From assembly GCA_965116325.1 (NCBI GenBank), contig OZ220675.1, positions 449,138 through 513,137 on the forward strand: a stretch of DNA of 64,000 bases, in the 5' to 3' direction. The notes beneath the pieces were generated by a model. That model was given only the letters and a program-made list of their open reading frames with translations, made no database searches and was not told the origin of the DNA. The translations under genes were made by a program, and so were the position numbers. Positions 1-8,776 of this stretch are shown here, one piece after another (position 1 is the first letter of the stretch; each line of letters opens with the position of its first letter). Origin of the DNA: Dehalococcoidia bacterium (GTDB lineage Bacteria; Chloroflexota; Dehalococcoidia; Lucifugimonadales; JAGWBF01).

Positions 1-1
1 T

Positions 2-1258
2 GATCTAGCACAAGAATACGGGCCTGTTTTTGCGATCGATCCTCCCTTTGTGAAACCAATGATCTTCTTAGCAGGTCCGAACACAAACCGGTGGGTGCAT
101 AGGCAAGGGCGTATGCACCTGAGAGCCAAGGACTACTTCTCCGACTTCGAGAAAGTATATGGGGCCTCGGGAGTAATGCCTTCTTTGGATGGCGCCGATC
201 ATTTCCGGATGCGGAAGTCCATGTCGGCGGCGTATTCGCGCGGGAGACTGGAAGGGCAGCTGAATATCCTCTACCACCATGCACGGAAGCATATGTCAGG
301 CTGGACGGTTGGAGAATCTCTACCCGCAACTAGGATGAGCCGGCTGATGATCAACGAACAGCTCTCGCCTCTATTCATCAGCGTTGACTCCCAGGACGTC
401 ATCGACGACCTCATAAAGTACAAAGAGAGAGCGTTGATGGTCCATATCATGAAAATGATGCCCAAGTTCATGCTCAACACTCCGAGCATGAAACGTCGGG
501 CCAAAGCCGTTGATACGCTCCTCGAACGGGTACAGAGCACTCACACACCCGCCCAGCGGGCCGATGCTCCGCGGGACCTAGCCGACGATTGGCTCAGCCT
601 TCACACGAGCGACCCGCAGTTCGTGCCGGAAACTACTCTTCGATTCCAGCTCGCGGCAGCTCTGATAGCAAGCGTGTACCTCGGCGATGCCCTGAGTTTC
701 GCCATCTACGCAATGGCCTCGCAGCCTGAGCTATACGGCAGGATCCAGGATGAAGCCGATGCCTTGTTTTCGGACGGGGACCCGGCGGGCGAGGAATTCA
801 ACCTGACTAACATCGACGTCACCCATCGCTTCCTCATGGAATGCCTGCGCATGTACCCCATCGTCCCCATGTCTATCCGAAACGTGATGAACTCATGCGT
901 GGTGGAAGACTACGAGCTGCCGGTAGGGTCGCGTCTCTTCATCGCGACCACGGCCTCTCATTATATGAGCGATGTCTTTCCAGACCCATTCACCTTCGAC
1001 ATAGATCGCTATCTACCTCCGCGCAACGAGCACCATAGCCCCGGGTATGCGCCCTATGGGCTGGGCACTCACACATGTCTAGGGTCCCAGTGGATGAATC
1101 TGCAGCTGGCGGCCAACGTGCTGATGATTGCACATCACTTCAACATCAAGGTGGACCCCGAGAACTATAAGCTAGGTTTCAACCCTATCCCGTCAATGAA
1201 GCCGAACAGGAAGCTGAAATTCCGCATTGCCGAAAAGAGGCGGGAAATAAGCGTCTAA
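2..1258 (+). CDS. cytochrome P450 (5' end outside window)
   Basis: The frame is open from base 2; DLAQEYGPVFAIDPPF precedes the listed GTG at 50, so the gene is truncated by the window edge. K-helix ExxR (ECLRMYP) and heme-thiolate loop YGLGTHTCLG lie near the C-terminus. Confidence 0.85.
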   Translation, partial: DLAQEYGPVFAIDPPFVKPMIFLAGPNTNRWVHRQGRMHLRAKDYFSDFEKVYGASGVMPSLDGADHFRMRKSMSAAYSRGRLEGQLNILYHHARKHMSGWTVGESLPATRMSRLMINEQLSPLFISVDSQDVIDDLIKYKERALMVHIMKMMPKFMLNTPSMKRRAKAVDTLLERVQSTHTPAQRADAPRDLADDWLSLHTSDPQFVPETTLRFQLAAALIASVYLGDALSFAIYAMASQPELYGRIQDEADALFSDGDPAGEEFNLTNIDVTHRFLMECLRMYPIVPMSIRNVMNSCVVEDYELPVGSRLFIATTASHYMSDVFPDPFTFDIDRYLPPRNEHHSPGYAPYGLGTHTCLGSQWMNLQLAANVLMIAHHFNIKVDPENYKLGFNPIPSMKPNRKLKFRIAEKRREISV

Positions 1259-1296
1259 CAGGCTGAGGAACCCCCGATGGTCCCGGGCAAGAAGAC

Positions 1297-2349
1297 TTAA
1301 AGGGGTTTGCGGGCAAGGAAACAGTACAGCGGCGTAAATATCCCGGCCCTACCCCCCTCCACATAGGCCCTAGCGGTCCGGTCCAGCATCCCTATGACAT
1401 CCGCAGAGCCACGGGGACATATCCCAAACGCCCCGGCCATCTTGAATGCCACCCTGAGCATCTGGCGTCCAAAAGGACTCCTTCGCAGGGCGCTCCCCAG
1501 GGTTCCGCCTTGGCTTTCCATGGGCTTGTACCACGGCGTGGCCAGACCGTTCTCATCGATGGACCGGTCCCTTGCCTCAATGACTTGGAATCCTGCCCGC
1601 TCGAGGTCCCGGGGCACCTCATCCACCGTTGCGATGTCCTTGAGCGCAATGCCTTGCATAAGGCCCCGCTTGATGGCTTGGTGTCGCCTGTCTCCGGGAT
1701 CGAACTTATCCGTCATGCACATCTCCTGACCCCAGAAGAGGGCACCGGGTTTCAGCACGCGATAAATCTCGGTGAAGGCGCCCACCTTGTCCGGGGCGTG
1801 ACACGTCGATTCGATAGCGTATCCCCGGTCGAAGGTGTCGTCAGCTATGACATCCATGTTCATGAAGCTGCACGCCAAGTAGTCAACCATGTGGTCGATG
1901 CCCGCCTCGGCATTCAACAATTTAGCCTTGTCCAGCTGAACATTGCTGTAATTGACCCCTACTACCCTGACGCCAGCCTCCCTGACAACGCGGCGCATCG
2001 GGCCGCCGATCCCACAACCTACATCGATGACCTCCATACCCTCGCTCAGCTCCAGCTTGGAAATCATCAATCGCTGGTGCCGGATCTGGGACTCCTCCAG
2101 GCTCTCCAGGGGCGAAAGAGGCGCAAAGTGAAGGGATTCGCTCCAACCGAACACCATGAACTCGCTGCAAAGGTCATAGTATTCTTTGACGGTTCCAGCG
2201 TGATCATAGTCAGCAGAGTCGCCATCCATACCATGCGCTCTGTCCATCCATCCATCGAATCTTCTCACTCGACGGTGGACATCCGACCCACGATAGTCTT
2301 CTTTGAGCCCCTGGGATAGTTTACGGAGTTGCATTAAACCCTTTCCCAC
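1297..2349 (-). CDS. sterol 24-C-methyltransferase-like SAM methyltransferase (ERG6/SMT1 type)
   Basis: SAM motif I is VIDVGCGIGGP. Several blocks match yeast Erg6 as I recall it: YYDL..FGWSESLHFAP, YAIESTCHAP, EIYRVLKPG, MTDKFDP and the C-terminal GIFTPLYCFLARKP (Sterol_MT_C-like). The start lies 2 nt after the stop of the upstream MMPL gene. Confidence 0.8.
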   Translation of the reverse strand: MGKGLMQLRKLSQGLKEDYRGSDVHRRVRRFDGWMDRAHGMDGDSADYDHAGTVKEYYDLCSEFMVFGWSESLHFAPLSPLESLEESQIRHQRLMISKLELSEGMEVIDVGCGIGGPMRRVVREAGVRVVGVNYSNVQLDKAKLLNAEAGIDHMVDYLACSFMNMDVIADDTFDRGYAIESTCHAPDKVGAFTEIYRVLKPGALFWGQEMCMTDKFDPGDRRHQAIKRGLMQGIALKDIATVDEVPRDLERAGFQVIEARDRSIDENGLATPWYKPMESQGGTLGSALRRSPFGRQMLRVAFKMAGAFGICPRGSADVIGMLDRTARAYVEGGRAGIFTPLYCFLARKPL

Positions 2350-2351
2350 GA

Positions 2352-4829
2352 TTAGCTCTGCTCCCGTTCATGTCGGTTGTGCACATCCTCTATGGCCACA
2401 TCAAGGTCAGTCCATATCTGCTCCACCATGGAGCGGAGCCTCATGTTCTGGTAGGCACCCCAGACCACCATGGCAGGCAGCACCAGCAGAATGGCCACTA
2501 TGAGGGAATAAACGATGGTAATGGTCGCCGTGATGCCGAATTGCTGGGACGCCAGCAATGGTGAGGCAATCAGAACACCGAATCCGAAGGCTGTTGTGAG
2601 CGCGGAGCCCAGCAGCGCCGAACCCGTGGTTGCCAGCGTCTGAATGGCCGCCCTCTCCGGATTGCGCATCCGGGCGAACTCCTCCCGGTAGCGATGGATG
2701 ATGTGGATCGTGTAGTCCACCCCTATCCCTATGGACAGGGCTGTGATGATGGACGTGATCAGCGTGTAGGGGATGCCCAGGAGAGCCATCGTACCCAGTA
2801 CGCTAATGAGGACTAGCACGATGGGGCCGACGGCAACGAACCCCAGCGCAGGCTGGCGCAGCGTCACCCAGAAAAAGACCGCTAGGACGACGAAGGCCAC
2901 GGCAATGGTGGTGCCGATGGCTTCCGTTTGGCCGCTCTTGATCTGGTCTGTGACGGTAACCGCGACTATGGTCTCCGAGGTCACCGTGACCGCGCTGTCG
3001 TCCCCTTGCCAGAGGGCCTCTATGTCCGCCTGGAGCATCCTCGATTCCACAGGGTCGTCCTGGAATGTCGGGAACTGGAGCAGCATCGTATCGACGCCAT
3101 TGGGGTTGTTGATCAGGGAGTGCGCCAGGCTGGGTTCTCGTGCGATGAGCTTATCGACAAACTCCTGCATCAGCTCCGGGTGCAGCTGCAAATCAGAGGA
3201 GGCTTCCGTGAATAGGGCAGCCAACTCAGGGTCATAGTTGTCACCCGGCTCTCCGCTGTCGTTGATCCAGTCCCGTGCGGAAAGCTCGAAGGACCCCTGA
3301 ATCGGACCTGCAGCCGCGGGCGGACGGGTAGCTTCATCTTCGAATGCATTCGTAATGTCCCGTAGATTGAGGAGTGTGCGGCTTTCCGTGACTTCTGCCT
3401 TGATCAGCAAACTGGCAAGCTCAGTCGAGCCACCGACCGATGCTTCCAGCGTGTTCATGTCCTCCAGAACACTCCCACCTCTAGGCAGGACATCCTGAAT
3501 ACTGAACTCCGACTCCAACCCGGTCGCAGCATACCCAAGGGCAACCGTTGCAAGCAAAACTGCGACGAGGCTGGGCACCGGCCTGCGGGTCACCCATCTC
3601 CCTAGGAGCTGGGCCGCCTGTGGAATGCCGGGGAGGGCGTTTGAGATGGGCCGAGCGGGAGACAGAGCACCGCGGGCTTCCCGCCTCCGGTCGATGATCA
3701 TCCGGGCAGCAGGTAAGAGGGTTAGCATGACGATCAGGCTCATGCCTACGCCCAACCCCGCGACGATGCCGAAGTCGCCCACAACCCCGATGGGCGAGAA
3801 CAGGGTGGCCAAGAGGCTGACGATGGTCGTGACGGCAGCCAAGGTCAGGGGGACTGTAACGGTTCGCAGTCCGTTCCTGACTGCTCCTACCACGGGCTGC
3901 CCCTCTACTCGCTGTTCCCGGTAGTGGGAGACCGTCTGGATCGCATAGTCAACCGTCAGGCTGATAAGGATGACTGGCACCATAGCAGTGAGGGAGCTGG
4001 GAGGCCCTATCAGACCTATGGCGTTGGGGCCAAGCCAGCCTTCCGCCCCGATGATCCAGACCAACGAGATAATGAGTCCCCCCAGAGTGAGCAGCATGTC
4101 GGAAAGAGTGCGGGTGAAAAGCAGGAGCAGGGCCGCAATTAGTAGCAGGGCAAGGCCGACGAGCGGCGCCATGCCGCTTTCCGTCGCTTCCTTGTACTCA
4201 TCCTCGATGACCACTGGGGACAAGCTGCTGACATCCAGCGACCCCTCATGCTCCACGGCAAGCTCGTTGATGCTACGTTCAGCATCCTGAATTCGATCGT
4301 CGCCCGTATCCCGCAGCCGTATGTTGCCAATGGCGACCATGGTCCCGTCCGTATCGGTGCCGGTCAGGGCAGACAAGGCGCCCTGAATCTCCGGGATGCT
4401 GCGAACAGAGTCAATCTGCTCCTGGGTAATCGACCCAAGGTCGTCCCATTGGAGCGCAGCGCTGATAATGGACGAGGGCGCTATGACTGCATTCGACGGC
4501 GCCAGCAGTTCGCTTACGCCTGGATCGCTGACGGCGTCATTGATCAGGATAGCCATCTGGGAGAGGCCCTCAGGTGTGAGAGGATCTCCTCGGAAGAGCA
4601 ATGTTACGACCCTGATGTCGCCCGAGTCGCTGAAGGACTCTTCGATTTCGCCGGTCGCTTCGGCGATGGCATGTCCGGGAGGAAGGAAGGCTATGTCGGC
4701 CCCCTCGGTTGGCGGCGCGCGCCGGGCAGCACCTGCGGCCAGCACGACGGTGACCAAGAGGAGGACCAGGATCGTGACGTATGGACGGGCTGTGACCAGC
4801 CAGCTCAACCGATCAAGTAGGTTGTTCAT
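2352..4829 (-). CDS. RND-superfamily MMPL/HpnN-like lipid exporter
   Basis: 825 aa with two hydrophobic multi-helix bundles, each preceded by a large soluble loop. An MMPL/SSD-like GVDYTIHIIHRYREE lies in the C-terminal bundle, and the N-terminus is a typical MMPL anchor helix. Confidence 0.8.
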   Translation of the reverse strand: MNNLLDRLSWLVTARPYVTILVLLLVTVVLAAGAARRAPPTEGADIAFLPPGHAIAEATGEIEESFSDSGDIRVVTLLFRGDPLTPEGLSQMAILINDAVSDPGVSELLAPSNAVIAPSSIISAALQWDDLGSITQEQIDSVRSIPEIQGALSALTGTDTDGTMVAIGNIRLRDTGDDRIQDAERSINELAVEHEGSLDVSSLSPVVIEDEYKEATESGMAPLVGLALLLIAALLLLFTRTLSDMLLTLGGLIISLVWIIGAEGWLGPNAIGLIGPPSSLTAMVPVILISLTVDYAIQTVSHYREQRVEGQPVVGAVRNGLRTVTVPLTLAAVTTIVSLLATLFSPIGVVGDFGIVAGLGVGMSLIVMLTLLPAARMIIDRRREARGALSPARPISNALPGIPQAAQLLGRWVTRRPVPSLVAVLLATVALGYAATGLESEFSIQDVLPRGGSVLEDMNTLEASVGGSTELASLLIKAEVTESRTLLNLRDITNAFEDEATRPPAAAGPIQGSFELSARDWINDSGEPGDNYDPELAALFTEASSDLQLHPELMQEFVDKLIAREPSLAHSLINNPNGVDTMLLQFPTFQDDPVESRMLQADIEALWQGDDSAVTVTSETIVAVTVTDQIKSGQTEAIGTTIAVAFVVLAVFFWVTLRQPALGFVAVGPIVLVLISVLGTMALLGIPYTLITSIITALSIGIGVDYTIHIIHRYREEFARMRNPERAAIQTLATTGSALLGSALTTAFGFGVLIASPLLASQQFGITATITIVYSLIVAILLVLPAMVVWGAYQNMRLRSMVEQIWTDLDVAIEDVHNRHEREQS

Positions 4830-4960
4830 GCCGTATCCTTCGATCTAGGCAGGCACGAGAAGATGAAACTTCAACCTCTCGTCTCCCATGATGTGAATCA
4901 TCGCCTCCGCAACTGATAGCAAATTTAGTCTGCCTACTCTCCCATGTTCGGCCCGAGAAT

Positions 4961-6037
4961 TCATTGCGCAGGAACGCTCGTGGCATCCCGCAGCAGATGT
5001 TGCGATTCCTCCCCGGCCTCATAGAACTGGGCGCAATATGCTCGAAAGGGCATGATCTCCCCATCGGAGCGGCACAGGCGTGGGCGGGACCGGTAGCCCT
5101 TAAGGCTCCAAATGGCCATGTCCTGCCTAACGTCGTTGTCCTGCTGGGCCGCCACAAACCGGTTCATCAAGGGTGCACGGAACCTTGTTGGAAGGAAACC
5201 CAACCCCATAGTCCATCGCTTGGGGTTACGTATCTCCTTGACCTGAGTAGCCAGGGATAGGTCGATGTGGGTTCCATCGACGGGCGTGGCGAGCACCCAG
5301 AGCCTCAAATCCATTCCTATGGAACGCTCGTGAATCTGGACGAAAGAGTAGCCCAAGCCAAAGATGCGGGTCTTGGCGGAGATGTCCATGGTGAAAGTTG
5401 CAACCTTGGCAATCTTGCGGATGGTCTTGAAATCGAAATTGCTCTCCAGATATGGCCCGTCCACGTAGATGCGCCCGACGCGGCTTACGCTGTCATAGCC
5501 GTGAACGTAACGCAGGTGTGCCAGATCCACCGAGTTCTCCGTGGTGTCCTGGGGATGACCCGGGAATCGCATCGTCCTGACGCGTATGCTGCTCCAGCCG
5601 GACTGTTCGACGGGTTCGGCAGGCAGAGTCCATTGGACCGGACGTCCCCCGATGCCCCACCATGCAAAGATGAGACCAGCGATCTCCTGGGTCTCGAAAG
5701 TTCTCAGCCTGGCAGTCTTTGGGGGGTCGGCATATGGAGTAGCAACGCACTGGCCGGTGGTATCGTATTCGAAGCCGTGGAAAGGACACACAAGCTGTCC
5801 GCCCCGCACGAAACCCCCTGCGTCGGGGCCCAGGTAAGCCCCGAGGTGAGGGCAGTAAGCCTCGGCCACGCAAACGCTGCCGCTTCCGTCGCACCATGCG
5901 ACGACGTTCTCTCCCATCCAGGTCTTTGCAAGAACACCGGCCTTCAGTATGTGCTGACGGCTGGCGACAAAGTACCATCCTTCGGGAAACGCGGACGGCA
6001 GCTGCTCTTTCTCAGGCTTCCGTCGCTGGATCGACAT
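4961..6037 (-). CDS. Rieske [2Fe-2S] non-heme iron oxygenase, KshA/Neverland/SdmA-like
   Basis: Rieske ligands CPHLG...CPFHG and the mononuclear iron motif E-x3-D-x2-H-x4-H (ENSVDLAHLRYVH). I start it at ATG 6037 (ggtgaggagtctcaagcgATG). The listed 715-aa ORF extension overlaps the MFS gene in another frame. Confidence 0.8.
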   Translation of the reverse strand: MSIQRRKPEKEQLPSAFPEGWYFVASRQHILKAGVLAKTWMGENVVAWCDGSGSVCVAEAYCPHLGAYLGPDAGGFVRGGQLVCPFHGFEYDTTGQCVATPYADPPKTARLRTFETQEIAGLIFAWWGIGGRPVQWTLPAEPVEQSGWSSIRVRTMRFPGHPQDTTENSVDLAHLRYVHGYDSVSRVGRIYVDGPYLESNFDFKTIRKIAKVATFTMDISAKTRIFGLGYSFVQIHERSIGMDLRLWVLATPVDGTHIDLSLATQVKEIRNPKRWTMGLGFLPTRFRAPLMNRFVAAQQDNDVRQDMAIWSLKGYRSRPRLCRSDGEIMPFRAYCAQFYEAGEESQHLLRDATSVPAQ

Positions 6038-6150
6038 CGCTTGAGACTCCTCACCCGGATATTGGGTTTCCAATGCCTCCCGCCCATCCCTTCCGGTTGA
6101 CTGCACTCTAGCACGCCCCATTCTTGAGAGGCAATGAAGTGGTTGCCCAC

Positions 6151-7614
6151 TTAGTCGAACCTTTCTCCTTCCTCCGTCTCTTCTATCCTCATCAGAAGAG
6201 CCGGAACAATGGCGACCAAAGCGAGGAACCCGGCGATCATGAACAGGTTCTGAAAGACGGTCACCCCCGCCTCTATAAGCGGGGCCTGGGTCTCTTCGAA
6301 GGTGGGCCCGATGGTCACATGGGCGGTCAAGCTGTAGAAGCGCTCGATGCCCCACGCAGACAAGGCTGCCAAACCCAGCGCCATACCCACCATCCGAGAT
6401 GCGGTGACCAGCGAAGCCGCAGTACCCCAGTAATAGCTGGGGGCTGCGCTCAAGGCGCTGACACTTATGGGCGGGATGACCAGCCCAAACCCCAAGCCGG
6501 CGGCGGCAAGAGGCACAGTAAGCCTGACCTCCTCCACCTGAGCCTCCCAGCCGCTCATGAAAAGCAGCCCCGTGCCCATGAAGGCCAAGCCGGTTATGCA
6601 GGCCGCCCTTACTCCCGACCAACGCAGGATGTAGCCTCCCACCACCGCCCCCACCGGGATGGCGGCCGTAAGTCGGACCAGGTGGAGGGCGCTTTCCAAG
6701 GCGCTCTTCTCCATTACCGTTGCGGCCATTACAGGCACAGCCACCAGGGCAATGATAAGGGCAACTCCCACCAGGAACTGGGCGATGTTGGACGACACGA
6801 AAGCCTTTGACTGGTACAGGAAGGCCGCCAAGAGGGGGTGGGCCGATCGCCTCTCCACAATGATCAGCACCAGGACCAGGAACCCGCCAAGGGCAGCCAT
6901 CAGGTACGGGAGCACAGACTCTCCCGAGAAGATGCTCCTCTGGGACAGGGCGATGGTGAGAACGGTCAGGGCGCCGGCAAGCGCCAGGGCCCCCGGGTAG
7001 TCCATCCTGGCTGCAGGATTGGCTCGGTTCGGCAATATGCCCAGCAGCGCAATCAGGATAAAGCTCTGGGGTATGTCCAGCCAGAAGATCCATCGCCAGC
7101 CGATCCATTCTATGATGCCCCCTCCGTAGAGAGGACCCAGTACGGACCCGGCTTCCGCCGAGGCAGCCACCAAGCCCAGGGCGACTCCCCTTCTTTGCGG
7201 GGCGACGGCCGCCACGGCCAGGGCCAGGGCTATGGGCACCGTGGCCCCGCCGCCGGCAGCTTGAATAACGCGGGCGGACACTATCCAGGAGAAGTCCGGT
7301 GCTACGGCCACCAGCCCTGAGCCGATGGAGAACACTACCAGGGCCGCCTGGAACATCCTGACCCTGCCATAGACGTCGGACAGGCGTCCCGCCAGCGGCA
7401 TGGCCACCGTGTAGCTAACGAGGTACCCCACCACGATCCAAGATGCCCTGTCCAGGTCGGTGAGGGGTATCTCCAAGTCCACCATCACGCTGGGCAGGGC
7501 TGCGACCACCACTGTTTGGTCTAGGGCCGTCGAGAATACGCCCAGGCAAAGGATGGCTAAGACGGCGGTCTCTGAGGAACGCAGAGAAGCTAGCGTGGAC
7601 CTGCCGGCATTCAC
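6151..7614 (-). CDS. MFS transporter, 14-TM DHA2 type (P55/Rv1410c-like)
   Basis: 487 aa, hydrophobic throughout with about 14 helices. An MFS motif-A-like GRLSDVYGRVRM follows TM2. The gene sits 41 nt downstream of an LprG-like lipoprotein gene. Confidence 0.8.
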   Translation of the reverse strand: MNAGRSTLASLRSSETAVLAILCLGVFSTALDQTVVVAALPSVMVDLEIPLTDLDRASWIVVGYLVSYTVAMPLAGRLSDVYGRVRMFQAALVVFSIGSGLVAVAPDFSWIVSARVIQAAGGGATVPIALALAVAAVAPQRRGVALGLVAASAEAGSVLGPLYGGGIIEWIGWRWIFWLDIPQSFILIALLGILPNRANPAARMDYPGALALAGALTVLTIALSQRSIFSGESVLPYLMAALGGFLVLVLIIVERRSAHPLLAAFLYQSKAFVSSNIAQFLVGVALIIALVAVPVMAATVMEKSALESALHLVRLTAAIPVGAVVGGYILRWSGVRAACITGLAFMGTGLLFMSGWEAQVEEVRLTVPLAAAGLGFGLVIPPISVSALSAAPSYYWGTAASLVTASRMVGMALGLAALSAWGIERFYSLTAHVTIGPTFEETQAPLIEAGVTVFQNLFMIAGFLALVAIVPALLMRIEETEEGERFD

Positions 7615-7655
7615 GCTAACAACTCAGGGGGAGAATTCAGCCCCGGCATGTTCCG

Positions 7656-8405
7656 CTACTGGGAGGCTGATTCCGGGAGCTGGATATCGATGACGACGTT
7701 GGTCTCCTCGATGACGATCAACCTCCTAGTCTCCGGAGCGTCATCGTTGAAGACTTGACCTGTTATTCTCAGCTGTTTCAAGTCGTGGTCCACTTCGTCT
7801 ATCCAGAAAGACAGCATCACCGCGTGCCCGGGGTCTGTGGACGTGATCAGTTTGGAGAGGTCCTCAGACTGCAAGGAACCCTCCAGCAGGATCGTCTGGG
7901 AGCCGCCAACGGACTCCCGTCCAACTTTCCTGGCATCCTTGAGCAGGGGCACCAGTTCGCTCAGGGTAACGCCCATCCCCTTAAAGTTAAATGGAACTTC
8001 ATCCAAGGACAGGGGGAGCCACGGAGCATCCCTGGAGAACTTCATCAGGGACTGGTCTCCGACGGCCACAATCTCGATTTCGATAAACCCGAAAATCGGA
8101 GACTCCACGTCCACAGCCATCCTCATGCTGTCGGAGGCGCTGACCTCCCCTTCCACGCTCTTCAAGGTCGTGTTGAAGAACTTGGACCCCGTCTGCAGCT
8201 CGTCGGTCATCCGGAATTTCACCGAGGAGATGGAGGCTAATCTTTCCTGCGCGTTCGCAAGAAGCTCATCCACCGTCAACTCGGTGGGAGTGGGCTCTTC
8301 GCCACCTCCACACGCCGCCGCCAGCACAAACAGGCCAACTGCCAGCACGCCCATCGCAAGGTAGGACAGCTTCTTGAACGTTACGTTAAATACTTGCATT
8401 TGCAT
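7656..8405 (-). CDS. LppX/LprAFG-family lipid-binding lipoprotein (LprG-like)
   Basis: Signal peptide with the lipobox-like sequence VLAAAC-GGG. The mature domain of about 220 aa resembles mycobacterial LprG as recalled (LLANAQERLASISSVKFRMT, GGSQTILLEGSL, LSFWIDEVDHDLKQLRI). Gene order matches lprG-Rv1410c. Confidence 0.65.
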   Translation of the reverse strand: MQMQVFNVTFKKLSYLAMGVLAVGLFVLAAACGGGEEPTPTELTVDELLANAQERLASISSVKFRMTDELQTGSKFFNTTLKSVEGEVSASDSMRMAVDVESPIFGFIEIEIVAVGDQSLMKFSRDAPWLPLSLDEVPFNFKGMGVTLSELVPLLKDARKVGRESVGGSQTILLEGSLQSEDLSKLITSTDPGHAVMLSFWIDEVDHDLKQLRITGQVFNDDAPETRRLIVIEETNVVIDIQLPESASQ

Positions 8406-8722
8406 TTCTCCATCACCCTGGGGTGGAGGGATGCCAGAATCTCGCTAGGTATTATACTACCGCCCAACCCAACACACTTGCCCTAAAAGAGACTCCCAGG
8501 AACAGGAGGAAAAGGAAGATTCAGGGGGACGGCTCTGGGCGGGCATGCCCGGGGCACGCCCCATTCAGAACCTGCTGGGAGCGCCGCTATGTGCAGGGTT
8601 GACCCTCGCAACGAACCATTCACCACAAAGCCTTCACGAGATCCAGGGCCGGGAGAGCCGAGCCAGGATATGACCACCTGGCAGAGAGAAGTGCAAAAGT
8701 CTAGCTAGCTAGCTATGCAAGA

Positions 8723-8756
8723 CCACAGGGGCAGGGTATTCACCCTGCCCCTGTGG
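8723..8756 (-). terminator. perfect 15-bp-stem palindrome downstream of the 8777..10651 gene
   Basis: ccacaggggcagggt-attc-accctgcccctgtgg. There is no strong U-tract. The same 26-nt core recurs at 15442. Confidence 0.45.
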
Positions 8757-8776
8757 TTGAGAGACTCGCCAGGTTC

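Noticed and set aside
4961-7108. Listed 715-aa ORF suggesting a much longer Rieske protein
   Set aside because: The N-terminal 357 residues are Gly/Arg/Pro-rich low-complexity sequence. They overlap the well-supported MFS gene (6151-7614) in another frame. An internal ATG at 6037 with a GGAG site gives a normal-sized Rieske oxygenase.
8700-8717. tCTAGCTAGCTAGCTAtg run of the usually rare CTAG tetranucleotide
   Set aside because: It is a single short run of 3.5 units with no second copy in the window. It is too small to interpret.
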